A stretch of DNA of 62,442 nucleotides, the filler included, from Stramenopiles sp. TOSAG23-3 (Eukaryota), in assembly GCA_900128585.1 (NCBI GenBank). It is 6 parts of 6 records of this genome, joined end to end, with 100 filler letters (N's around TTAATTAATTAA, not from the genome) between each part and the next. Parts side by side here need not be neighbours in the genome. Positions count along the whole stretch, not along the records: positions 29,368 to 43,921 come from LT642557.1; 5 more parts are not named here. The stretch is one strand, 5' to 3'. Below are positions 32,775 to 42,980 of this stretch, in pieces (the stretch's first letter is position 1; every line of letters begins with the position of its first letter). Made by a program: the position numbers and the translations under genes. Below the pieces are notes generated by a model. The model worked only from the letters and a program-made list of their open reading frames with translations, had not been told where the DNA came from and ran no database searches.

Positions 32775-33689
32775 TCACTTCTTTTGAGGAAGCCCGTATT
32801 TCAAGTACAGCATGATTTGTGCAGAGCTTGCGCAAAGCCCCGCGATGTTGGGGCCCCAAACGTAGGCATCATCGATGACAAACCATCCGTAGGAGGACCA
32901 GCAGACGCAATTAACAAACGCGGCAAGGGTAAATGGGACGGGCAAGCTGTTTGTGTTTTGGTCCTTGATGACCGTCTTGATGGATCCCAGCGGGCCACCG
33001 AACATCACTGCGACCACGCCGCATGCCCCCAACCCAATTGCGTTTATCGCAGTGTCCGTTTCCAGCAACGCGGCGCAGCCCGCGAACGAAGTGCACATTG
33101 CCACGACTCCGCCATAGTACGGTGTCATGTTCACATGGGGGGCTTTGAAATCGGAAAATGTCTTCACGTAGTACGCCCCGAACAAAAACCCCGATGCGTT
33201 CGGCAGGACAATGGTCATGTCCCCTTTCAGCGTTCCGTACAGGACCCACGCAAAGCCATTCACGGCCATCGCCGCGTACGGTATCGGGGACACGTCCCCG
33301 GTTGTGCCATCTTTCTTAAATTGGCGCATCGCAGATAGCGGGGAGAGAAAAACGATTTGGGCAGCAATCGGGGGCGCCACCTGCAAAAACGACACGACCC
33401 CAGCCGGTATCGTGGCGGTCGCAGCGGTTGCCAAGACCTTCGGCGCCGCCGTCCCACTCGCGCACAGCGCGGTACCGCTCGCGTTCGCTTGCCACCCTAG
33501 CATGGACGACATTCCCAGGGCGGTTCTGTACCCCACCCCGTCGCCCTCTTTGCGCTCCTGTTCGACCACAAGGGCGCGAGCCTTACTTTCGGGCCCCGTC
33601 CCAAACGATCTTTGACATTTTGCGGCGAACCCTGGGCGGCAACCTTTTCTTGGGTGCCGCGCAAAACGCTTCAAAGCTCTAGTCCACAT
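32775..33689 (-). CDS. SWEET: SWEET/MtN3 sugar transporter with long N-terminal extension (304 aa)
   Basis: Two MtN3 repeats: FLSPL...TGDVSPIPY...NGFAWVLYG...PNASG and MFGGPL..IKTVIK...SLP...NCVCWSSYG...VWGPNIAG; first ATG at 33689. Confidence 0.92.
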   Translation of the reverse strand: MWTRALKRFARHPRKGCRPGFAAKCQRSFGTGPESKARALVVEQERKEGDGVGYRTALGMSSMLGWQANASGTALCASGTAAPKVLATAATATIPAGVVSFLQVAPPIAAQIVFLSPLSAMRQFKKDGTTGDVSPIPYAAMAVNGFAWVLYGTLKGDMTIVLPNASGFLFGAYYVKTFSDFKAPHVNMTPYYGGVVAMCTSFAGCAALLETDTAINAIGLGACGVVAVMFGGPLGSIKTVIKDQNTNSLPVPFTLAAFVNCVCWSSYGWFVIDDAYVWGPNIAGLCASSAQIMLYLKYGLPQKK

Positions 33690-34102
33690 CTTTGTCTTAT
33701 ATTGGTACAATACGAACCCCAAATAGCGTACAACACAAAGAGTTGCACTGCGTGCGAAGGGAGGGAGAAAACAATCCCAAACGCAGTCTAATTGCACGGC
33801 TTTGTTCGAAAGAATGCGATCATTAAATAATGAATAATGTATATACTGATGATGAAATTAATTAAAAAAAGTTTTTCTCTCAATTAAAAAAGAAGAAAGA
33901 AGAAGAAGAGTGGCCAACTCAGCAATAAAATGTAACTTTTAGGTTTTGCATCAGTTTTTTTCTTCTGTTTTGAATATTGAAATAGTGGGTGTTTACTTAT
34001 TTATAGTTCATAGTCTCAGTACTATTATTATTATTACGTACCAATATACTACGCGTAAGTACTATTAAAGTAAAGAAGAAGATTTTTATTATTATAATAG
34101 TG

Positions 34103-34221
34103 TCTTCTCTTCTTCTTTCTTCTTCTTCTTCTTCTTCTTCTTTCTTCTTCTTCTTCTTCTTCTTCTTCTTCTTCTTCTTCTTTCTTCTTCTTCTTTCTTC
34201 TTCTTCTTCTTCTTCTTCTTT
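34103..34221. repeat. (TTC)n microsatellite
   Basis: Imperfect TTC run of ~120 bp. Confidence 0.9.
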
Positions 34222-34670
34222 CTCTCCCTCGTATATTATGGTAAAAAGAAGCTTTGATTTCTATGGTTTGTAACTGTTGAGTAGTGTGTAGTTTGTATTA
34301 ATTATAATTTTTTGGTTGTCTTCTTCTTTCTTCTTTCTCTTCTTTTCTTTTTTTCTTCTTTTTTCTTTTAATTTTTTTTATTTCTGTTACATTTTTTTTA
34401 ATTTACATTCTTCTTCATCATTCTTCATTCTTCATTATCATCTTCTTCCTTGCTCTCCTCCCTTTAATAATAATGATGAGAAAAAAACATTTTTTTTTGT
34501 TGTTGTTGTTCAACAATTTCAGTTTCAATTTCAATATTAATTTCAAAATACTCTCCTCCTTCTCGTTCGACAACAAATAGTGTATTTTGTCTTCGATTTA
34601 CACACAAAAATTGTGGGTCAAAACAAATCACCGTGACGAATTCTTCACGCACACATACCTTGCAAGCACG

Positions 34671-34702
<32 letters not shown>

Positions 34703-34703
34703 A
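34671..34703. repeat. Poly-C tract (C33)
   Basis: Uninterrupted C run ending 35 nt before the ATG at 34738. Confidence 0.9.
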
Positions 34704-34737
34704 GATGGCCCAGTGTTGATTGAGAGCACAGAAGAGG

Positions 34738-37728
34738 ATGCCTTCAAAACGGAAACAGCATGCCAGATACATAGACAATACAAAGTACAGCCCTGCCGAA
34801 GTGTCGCGACGGCGCGACGCGGCCACAACGGTCCAGAAAGCGTACCGGGGGTTTCTGGCGAAAATAGACATAGAGTTTTTAAAATACAGCAACGAGCTGC
34901 AAGAAAAGTGGACTGTGGAGGATATCTACGGAAAGATCGTCCAGCAGTTTCAAACGGAGCGCGCGACGAAGGCGGACGACGACGGTGCCGTGATCGACGC
35001 CTCGTTGACTTTCATGACGGACACCGCCGCCGCAAGCAATTTTCCCGTGACCAAGAAAGGGGAAGCCGCGGAGGAAAAGAGTCGGAGCACGACGCTTGGG
35101 ATGCAGTTCGGCCCGTTCCTGCAGTTCTGCAGGCAGCTCAGAATCATGGACAACGAGATCAACCACTTTTACCTGTACAGCATTTTCTACGAGAGCGCGG
35201 CGGCGGCGGCGGCGGCGGCGGGCAACGCCGAGGCGGACGACGGCCAACCGCCGGAAGCGTCCTGGCTGGCCCTCCAGGGCAGAAAGATTTCGAAGAAGCA
35301 AGGGTACGTGGCTAAGAAATCGTTCATCGATATGCGCCACCACAAGCACGTGGAGCTCTCTTTGGCCGGTTTCTGGGTGTCCCTGTACGCGCTCGCGCAC
35401 GCGGAGCTACCGAAGGCGTACGTGCAGCTCACCGCCCCCGTCGCGGTGTCGTTCTTCTTGCAGCGGTACGTGTACCGCGCCGCGGAGGAGCTGTTTGCCC
35501 ACCCGCCAACGCCGGAGGAGCTGGAAGAGAAGCGAAAGAAGTGGTGGTTTGAACAGACCCATTTAACGCTCGACGTGAACGAGTCGCTCTTCAAAGGGTG
35601 CTCGACCAAGATGGCGAGGGAGCTGTTGTACTTTGAACGGACGTTCCGCCACCTCTTTTGCCGCTTTGCCCATCCGTACATCGACAGCGAGCAGAGACGG
35701 ATCAGCCACAGCGCGAACGTCTGCCGGGCGCTGGACGAAATGGACATTTATGCGAGCGACCCGTTCGAGCAGGACTGGCTGGAGTGTTTGTGCTCCCCGA
35801 CGCAGTACTCGCTGAGCATTTCGGGGCTGACGCGGTTCCTTGCCGATTTTGGGCTGCTGGACCACGACGACGTGAAGGGGCACGCGAGGCTGGTGTCGAT
35901 CCTTGCGTGCACGAGCAGCCGCCAGTCGCTCGGGTTCGGCACGCGGCAGGTGCACCGACCGTACAGCCTGCACCCACGCCTGCACCAGGCGAAGCGGATC
36001 GTGCTGGTAAACGTCGGCGACGAGGGCGAAGGCTCCTCACGACCGACCCGGGTCGGGCGGGGGTGGGGCCCGCCCCCCAGGCTGGAAGAGAAGCTCACCA
36101 AGCTGTACTACCAGAACCACGAACTCCGGGAGGGCGAGAAGGCCTCCCTCCACGCGCTGTTCTCCCAGCTGGATGCGGACAAGTCGGGGTACTTGGACCA
36201 CCACGAGATAGAATCGGTGGCGCTGCAGTTCTCGGGGCCAAAGCGCACCGTGGGGGAGGTGTACACGTCACTGAAGGGCCTGGACCGGGACCGGGACGGA
36301 CGCATCGGGTACGAGGAGCTTGAGCGCACGGTCGTCCGCGCCAACGCGCTCCACCGGGAGATCGGCGCCGCGGCGCTCACGATGCCGGAGTTTGCGCACG
36401 CGGTTGCGCTGTACGTCGTGTGCGGGGTTCACCGGCGGACGAGCCGGGAGGTCGCGATGGACAACGCGGAGTACTTTAGCTACCACATCAAATTGCTGGC
36501 AGAAAAGTACAGGAAGGTCATGGGCGTCGGCATGCAGGAGCTGGAGGAGGCGGCGATGCTTCGCTCGAAAGAGGCAAGCGACCTGGGCCTCCCGGAGCTC
36601 CGGGACCCAGGGCTGGAGGGCGTGGAGGAGGCGTACGGGAAGCTGATGGCGGACGTCCACAGCCACTACGTTCTCCTGGAAAACTCAAGGCCTATCCTGG
36701 GCTTGGGCTCGAACGCTCGCGTGGACGAGCACGCCGACGGCTCGCTGGCGACAGGGAGCCGGGGCCGGCCGGGCAACGGCCAGGCGCTGCTCTTTCAGGA
36801 CGGCTTTGCGACCTTCCTGTCGCACTCCAAAGTGTTCCCGAAGGCAAGCGAGGAGGGGGTGCGGGAGGCTTTCTTGCACGGGGTCAAGATGCAGCACTCG
36901 CGCAGGGCCAACCCGCGGCGGCGGCGGACGAACATTGTGGCGGCGGTGGAGGGGACGAGCACGGCGGCCATGGCGGGCGTGCACGGGGCTGCCCCGCTCC
37001 CCCCCGCGGACGGTCTGTCGCCCGCCGGCTTTGCAGAGGCCACGAAGCACGTGGCCTTCCTCCGCTTCGTGCACCAGTGCCGGGAGAAGAACCGCGTTCC
37101 GTTCATCAGCGTGTACCCTGTGGACGTGGAGTTCGAGGCCGCGACGGAGACGGACCTGCGGCAAATCTACAAGGCGTGCTACACGAAGGGTAGGGTGGTG
37201 CACTCGTACTACGGCCAGCACTTTCGCAGCCTGTTCCAGCGCCTCCGCATGATGTACGTGGTATACAAGCCGGCGAGGGTGTTCGGGGCGGGCAGCGCGC
37301 TCGGGATGGGCCACTTTCAGCACGCCGGCATCTTTCGCTCGCAAAGGTCGGAGACGTCCCCGGTGGCGAGGAAGAGGGCCCTTGCCGAGAGCGTGAAAAG
37401 CGTTGGGGCCCCCCAGCCCGGGCGCCTGACGAAGTCCAACCGGTACCCGAAGCGGGCGGCCTCTTACTACGAAAGCGCGCTGGAGATTCTCCCCGGGAAC
37501 GCCGCCATGGAGGATTCCTTCACCACGTACGTCAAAGACACCGAAGTTCGCAGCGCGACCCAGACCGCGGACGAAATGACGTTCCCAGAGCTGATCCTAA
37601 ATTTTAACGGGCCGGACGCCGCGATGCCCCAGGGGCCGAGGGGGAAGGTGGGCAAGCGATCGTCGATGAAGAAGCGGAAGGGGGGGAAGAAAAAGGGGAA
37701 GGGGAAGAAGAAGGGAAAAAAGGGGTAG
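34738..37728 (+). CDS. IQ plus EF-hand protein with degenerate EF-like repeats (~996 aa)
   Basis: IQ AATTVQKAYRGFLAK; canonical EF loops DADKSGYLDHHE and DRDRDGRIGYEE; K/G-rich C-tail; ATG at 34738. Confidence 0.82.
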   Translation: MPSKRKQHARYIDNTKYSPAEVSRRRDAATTVQKAYRGFLAKIDIEFLKYSNELQEKWTVEDIYGKIVQQFQTERATKADDDGAVIDASLTFMTDTAAASNFPVTKKGEAAEEKSRSTTLGMQFGPFLQFCRQLRIMDNEINHFYLYSIFYESAAAAAAAAGNAEADDGQPPEASWLALQGRKISKKQGYVAKKSFIDMRHHKHVELSLAGFWVSLYALAHAELPKAYVQLTAPVAVSFFLQRYVYRAAEELFAHPPTPEELEEKRKKWWFEQTHLTLDVNESLFKGCSTKMARELLYFERTFRHLFCRFAHPYIDSEQRRISHSANVCRALDEMDIYASDPFEQDWLECLCSPTQYSLSISGLTRFLADFGLLDHDDVKGHARLVSILACTSSRQSLGFGTRQVHRPYSLHPRLHQAKRIVLVNVGDEGEGSSRPTRVGRGWGPPPRLEEKLTKLYYQNHELREGEKASLHALFSQLDADKSGYLDHHEIESVALQFSGPKRTVGEVYTSLKGLDRDRDGRIGYEELERTVVRANALHREIGAAALTMPEFAHAVALYVVCGVHRRTSREVAMDNAEYFSYHIKLLAEKYRKVMGVGMQELEEAAMLRSKEASDLGLPELRDPGLEGVEEAYGKLMADVHSHYVLLENSRPILGLGSNARVDEHADGSLATGSRGRPGNGQALLFQDGFATFLSHSKVFPKASEEGVREAFLHGVKMQHSRRANPRRRRTNIVAAVEGTSTAAMAGVHGAAPLPPADGLSPAGFAEATKHVAFLRFVHQCREKNRVPFISVYPVDVEFEAATETDLRQIYKACYTKGRVVHSYYGQHFRSLFQRLRMMYVVYKPARVFGAGSALGMGHFQHAGIFRSQRSETSPVARKRALAESVKSVGAPQPGRLTKSNRYPKRAASYYESALEILPGNAAMEDSFTTYVKDTEVRSATQTADEMTFPELILNFNGPDAAMPQGPRGKVGKRSSMKKRKGGKKKGKGKKKGKKG

Positions 37729-38086
37729 AGTAATATCATCTACGGTAAACAGTTTAGAAGGGGGGAGGGGGAGGTGGGGGTGGCGTTTTAATCAAACTAA
37801 TTGTGCATATCATAGTAAAAAAGAAAAACTCTTTCTATTATGATACACAAAAATATTACGATTACTTCGTACATATCTTAATGCAACGCTGGTAAAACGC
37901 CGTGCGCTGTTCTGAAGAAAAAGAGTAAGGGTTCTTACACGCGAAATATTTAAAAGTATGTGTGCGCTCCCTCTCTCGTTCCCTCTCTCTCTCTCTCTTT
38001 GTGTGTTTAAAAAATATTTATATATATATTTTTTTTGTTTTTGTGGGACAGGCACCGCCGTCTCCACCACCACCAACGTTCTCAAC

Positions 38087-38701
38087 TCAACAGCATCCTT
38101 TGTTGCCCCCACTTATACTAGCCCCTTGGCCCAACGGCGCAGGTTTGGAACCCGAAGATTCTAGCTGGGTCGTCTTGTACGTATCCTTGATCTGCTTGGC
38201 AATGGTCATGAACGACACTTCGACGTTTTCGGCCGTGCGCGCACTAGTTTCCAAGAATTCGCACCCCATGTTCCGGGCGAACTCTTGGGCCCGTTCCTTC
38301 GGGACGACGCGATTGGGAAGATCACTCTTGTTCCCTACCAAAAGTTTGATTACATTTTCACTTGCGTACCGCTCGATCTCGGCGACCCACTGCTTGACGT
38401 TGGTGTAGGAGTCCTCGTCGGTCATATCGTAGACAATGATAATGCCCTGGGCCCCACGGTAATAACTGCTGGTGATGGTGCGGAAGCGTTCTTGCCCGGC
38501 CGTGTCCCAGATTTGCAGTTTGATTGTTTTCCCGTCCAAATTGATCGTGCGAATCTTAAAGTCGACACCGATCGTGGAGATGTAGCTTTCGGTGTACGTG
38601 TCGTCCGCAAAACGAAGAAGCAAACACGATTTTCCTACGCCCGAGTCTCCGATCAAAAGGAGCTTGAACAGAAAGTCGTACTCCGGGTTCATTCCTGCCA
38701 T
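38087..38701 (-). CDS. RAB1: Rab1/Ypt1 small GTPase (204 aa)
   Basis: [76 protein letters not shown]-terminal GCC. Confidence 0.97.
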   Translation of the reverse strand: MAGMNPEYDFLFKLLLIGDSGVGKSCLLLRFADDTYTESYISTIGVDFKIRTINLDGKTIKLQIWDTAGQERFRTITSSYYRGAQGIIIVYDMTDEDSYTNVKQWVAEIERYASENVIKLLVGNKSDLPNRVVPKERAQEFARNMGCEFLETSARTAENVEVSFMTIAKQIKDTYKTTQLESSGSKPAPLGQGASISGGNKGCC

Positions 38702-39626
38702 GTTGGATATAAAGTGTGTGTTGCGTGTGTGTGTGTTGCGTGTGTGCGTGTGCGTGACGTGTGTTGTGACGTACAAAAGAACAGAAAGGATAGTGCGCGT
38801 GATATCTATGTTTATAAAAGGAAAATCTTTAAAGTAAACTCAGCTAGTTAGAAATAGTAATCTAATGGTTTCGATGTTTTGATTATTTAAGTTGTAAGAC
38901 GCTAGTGGAAGAAAGAGAGATGGAAGGAATCTACTATCTATTCCGGACTACTACTCTTCTCTTTCGTTTTTATTTATTTATTATTTCTCTTTATTATTAT
39001 TATATTTATTTGTTTTTAATTGATTATTCTTCTTCTTTTTATTAGTTGTGTTGTTTGTTAGTCCTAGTTTGTTTTTTTGTGTGTGAAGTAGAAGAAAGAA
39101 AGAAAGAAAGAAGTAAAGAGGAGGAGGACGGAGTTGTAACAAATAATAAAAAATAAAACAATGAAGAAAGAAAAATGAAAGCAGTTAGTTAAGAACACTT
39201 TTAGATTACAATTTAGTCTTCTTAACTACGAACTTTGTATTAATTTATTTAACTTTTTACTATGCTATATCTATGTATGTATATTTAATTTAATATTTTA
39301 TTCTTTCTTCTTCTTCTTACTTCCTTTTGTTATTTATTTTTAATGGTGGAGTCTTCTTCTTTAGGAAGACAGTATGAAATACTTTAAATAGGAATAGTAT
39401 AGAAGGAAATGTAATTATTTATATTTATATAGATATACTATCAGTAGTCTAATTAGTATATATTACTATTTAAATGTACTTCTGAAGTTCGTTTTTCCTT
39501 GGACTACTTTCGTTGTTAAATGCCTCTCTCTTATTCTTCCTGTTTCAATAGGAATTATACCATATACTTAAATAGATTTAACTACAATTTAAAATACTAA
39601 AGAACATTATTTATATTTTTTGTGAG

Positions 39627-39770
39627 GTGTTATTTTGCATTACTTTTTCTTCTTGCTATTCCTATAGTATTTAAGTGTTATTTTGCATTACTTTTTCTTC
39701 TTGCTATTCCTATGGTATTTAAGTGTTATTTTGCATTACTTTTTCTTCTTGCTATTCCTATGGTATTTAA
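39627..39770. repeat. 48-bp minisatellite, 3 copies
   Basis: GTGTTATTTTGCATTACTTTTTCTTCTTGCTATTCCTAT(A/G)GTATTTAA at 39627, 39675 and 39723. Confidence 0.95.
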
Positions 39771-40308
39771 TGGTTCAATCGATGTTTCTTCGATTAACGG
39801 CGGTGGTAAAAAATCGACAACGCACGGAGAAATTTCTTTCATTTTTTCGGAATCTCAAATTCGATTAAAGCTAATCTATCCAGGTTCACTACTACATAGT
39901 ACAGTTTAGTATTGGTTAAGTAATATACAACAAAGCAAAGTAAAGCAAGGCAATTGATTGCCTTCTGCTTGCCTAATTGTTAATTTAGGTGATACACCCA
40001 CCCATTAATTACCATCAAAAAAGGAAGTTGGACGATTAGGTCCTATTCCCTATGTGGCTTTTAAATTTAAAAATAAATAAATATACTTATATTATTATAA
40101 AGTATACATTATTAATATCCTATATAATTAAGAAGTAACAAGAAACAGACACGGATAATAACATAAGGATACATAGTAATATTATATAAACGTTCTAAAG
40201 AGTAAAATAGTGTTATTCTATTTGTACATATAGTCTAAATTCAAATCATTAATTATTCTAATAATTTAATATTAATTAGTTTACCTTAACATTAAGAAAT
40301 GGGAGGCT

Positions 40309-40481
40309 TCTTCTTTCTTTCTTTCTTTGTTTCTTTGTTTCTTTGTTTGTTTGTTTCTTTGTTTCTTTGTTTGTTTCTTTCTTTGTTTCTTTGTTTCTTT
40401 GTTTCTTTGTTTCTTTGTTTCTTTGTTTCTTTCTTTCTTTGTTTCTTTCTTTCTTTCTTACTTTGTTTCTTTGTTTCTTTG
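40309..40481. repeat. Compound (TTTC)/(TTTG) microsatellite
   Basis: TTTCTTTG-type units over ~170 bp. Confidence 0.9.
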
Positions 40482-41318
40482 TTGAATTCTTCTTCTTTTT
40501 TTTGAATCCAATATTTGTTCAATTCTCGTTGGAGTCCTATTGTCAGCTTAGCTGTAGGTAAATATAATTTAAGTATAAACTTATATCCTCTCTTCTCTAT
40601 CAAGGAGTATATAATATCGAAGTAGAAAGTGCAAGGCTATTATATTAGAGCTATTTAAATAGAATTGCTTCTTCTTTTATTTTCTCTCTATTCCCTATCA
40701 TTAATAACATTATTAATACACAATAATAGTATTGTATTTACTTTCACTCGAACTGTTACTTTCAAGTAGAGAATACTTTAAAATAGCATTAGTCTAGCAT
40801 TGAACCATTGATGATTTAAGATTTGGATTAAAATAGGGAGGTAGTACCTACTAAAGAGAAGCTATTTAAATATTAATTCAAGAGCTATTTTTTTAACAAG
40901 CCTATCAAAACTATACGAAATCCCATCATCATGTATAGAAGAAGAAAGAAGAACTACAACAATAGTTACAACAACATTATTTAATTTATTATCCTTTTCA
41001 TTTTATATATTTAATTGTATTGATTAATTAATTACAACAATAACAACAACAACAACAAAATGAACGAAGAATAATTCACAATTATTATTAATTATTTATT
41101 ATTCAATTTCATCAATTCAATTTAATGATCCCTCTGTATTCCTCCATTTCAATTTCAATTACAACCTTTCATCACACGCTTCCAAAAGCAGGAACGCCCG
41201 CAACCGATTAGCATCAAATTTAACACCAACTCTACCACAATTCAATACCATTTCCCTTGCCATTTCCAACGCTTGCATTCGTTTCCCACCCCAACCACCC
41301 GATCACCACCCGTTCACA

Positions 41319-42608
41319 ATGTCTGGCGACGAGTCTGCTCCTCGGGAGCGGCGCGATTTGAGCGCGGCCAACGCGATCAACATTTGGGCCGTGATGGAAG
41401 ACGTCGTGGACAAGCTCAAGCTTCTCAACTACGAGGCGGAGTACTGCCAGGCGGCGGACCACGACCCCGTCTCCCGGACGCAGTTCTCCGTCCCGTCGGG
41501 GAACCAAGCCACGCAGTTCCACGCGTTCGTTGACCTTGTCAGTTGGCTTTTTCAAAAGTGCCGGGTGAACTGCCACGTCGACTGGCACGACGACAACAAC
41601 ACGTCGTGCAACAACATTTACTCGTCCCTCCGGGACATGCAGTTTCAGCTCGATTTTCCGGCGAGCAAGCTCCGCACGGGGTGCGGGGACGCGTGCGTGC
41701 AGGCCCTCAGCTTCCTCTGTGACCGCGCGCTCGGGGAGAGCGGGTTCAAGTTTCGCCGCCCCGACTACCCGGAGGAGGGCTTCGCGGACGAGGCGGAGGT
41801 GGACGAGGCGGCGGAGGTGGACGCGGACATGACCGAGAACGTCGGGGACGACTCCGACCAGGAGGAGGAAATTTTATATAGTGAGATGGTCAACGAGAAG
41901 TCCTACACGTCGAAGGAGGAGGACGACGAGGATCGGGAGAAGATGGAGGCCGAGATCGACCCGTTGATCTGGGCCACCGAGCTCGAGCGGGTCCGCCAGC
42001 GCTTGAAGATGCCCCAGACGACCAACGCGAAGGAGTGGCGGGCCCACATCGAGCAGACCAAGCAGCACGGCGCGATCATAGCGAAGAACCTCCCGGACGC
42101 CAAGAAGAACCTGGCCCGGATCGCGGAGAGCGTGAAGGACAGCCTCGAATCGGTCACGAGCCGGGAACGGTACCTGAACAACGCCTTCTCGGCCCTGGTG
42201 GCCGAGTACAAGGAGATCCAGCAGAAGATGAAAGGGGTGAAGGGGCGCCAGCAGGAAGCGGGCGACAAAGTTAGCGAGTACACGAACGAGTTGCAGGAAA
42301 TTTCCGACCAGTTAGAAGAGATCAAAAGCTCCATGGACGAGCGCGGCAGCAGCATGACCGACACGTCCCCGCTGGTGCGCATCAAAAAGGCGCTGAAGAA
42401 GCTGAAGGAAGAGATCCAGGAGATGGAGCTGCGGATGGGGGTGCTGTCGCACACGCTCATGCAGGCGAAAATGCGCCACAGGACTGCAAAGGACGCCGGG
42501 ATAGAGTCGAAGATCAGCCGGGACAAAGACGTTGGGTCGGGGGGGGGGGCAGCGGAAGCGACGACGATGGGTGGTAGGCCGGGGTCGGTGCATGTGCTTT
42601 GTTTTTAA
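41319..42608 (+). CDS. IFT57: Intraflagellar transport protein 57 (true stop may be 42577)
   Basis: MEDVVDKLKLLNYE, QFHAFVDLVSWL, FPASKLRTGCG, W.TELERV..RLK, KEWRAHIEQ, MDERGSSMTDTSPLVRIKKALKKLKEEI.EMELR.GVL.HTL. Confidence 0.95.
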   Translation: MSGDESAPRERRDLSAANAINIWAVMEDVVDKLKLLNYEAEYCQAADHDPVSRTQFSVPSGNQATQFHAFVDLVSWLFQKCRVNCHVDWHDDNNTSCNNIYSSLRDMQFQLDFPASKLRTGCGDACVQALSFLCDRALGESGFKFRRPDYPEEGFADEAEVDEAAEVDADMTENVGDDSDQEEEILYSEMVNEKSYTSKEEDDEDREKMEAEIDPLIWATELERVRQRLKMPQTTNAKEWRAHIEQTKQHGAIIAKNLPDAKKNLARIAESVKDSLESVTSRERYLNNAFSALVAEYKEIQQKMKGVKGRQQEAGDKVSEYTNELQEISDQLEEIKSSMDERGSSMTDTSPLVRIKKALKKLKEEIQEMELRMGVLSHTLMQAKMRHRTAKDAGIESKISRDKDVGSGGGAAEATTMGGRPGSVHVLCF

Positions 42609-42980
42609 TTTTGAAAGAGAGATGTAAAATATAATTCAGCCTGGCTTCCTTATTATATTTTCTTGTGTTTTTATCATTGTGTGTTTTGATTTATGTGACT
42701 AAACTGAAAGTGAAAGGAACACTATTTAATTCAAATAACGGGGAAAAAATAAAAACACAAACAAATGCTGTGTTCATTATGGATTACGTAGTCCCCCTGA
42801 TATAATACACATATTGCCTCACTGCGTAGCTGTTGATCGAAGAAGAAGAGGGCGATACTGAATGTCATAGCATAATATATGTACTTATTATACTGGTTAC
42901 ACTATACTGGATGTTAAACATGTAAATAACACACATATACGATTCTTTCTTTGTGGTCATATAAACCTAATTGTATCAAT

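Noticed and set aside
34587-37344. Many long overlapping alternative-frame ORFs in the GC-rich EF-hand gene
   Set aside because: Expected from scarcity of stops at high GC3; no recognisable motifs
39627-39770. 48-bp repeats as a CRISPR array
   Set aside because: Head-to-tail copies with no spacers, no cas genes, eukaryotic context
40292-40603. ORFs over the TTTC/TTTG tract (KETKKQRN and FLCFFVS repeats)
   Set aside because: Translations of a microsatellite; no ATG-led gene-like context
344-42608. A ciliary/calcium gene cluster (CEP104-like, MORN, IQ/EF proteins, IFT57)
   Set aside because: The genes lie on three artificially joined contigs, and such genes are common in flagellates
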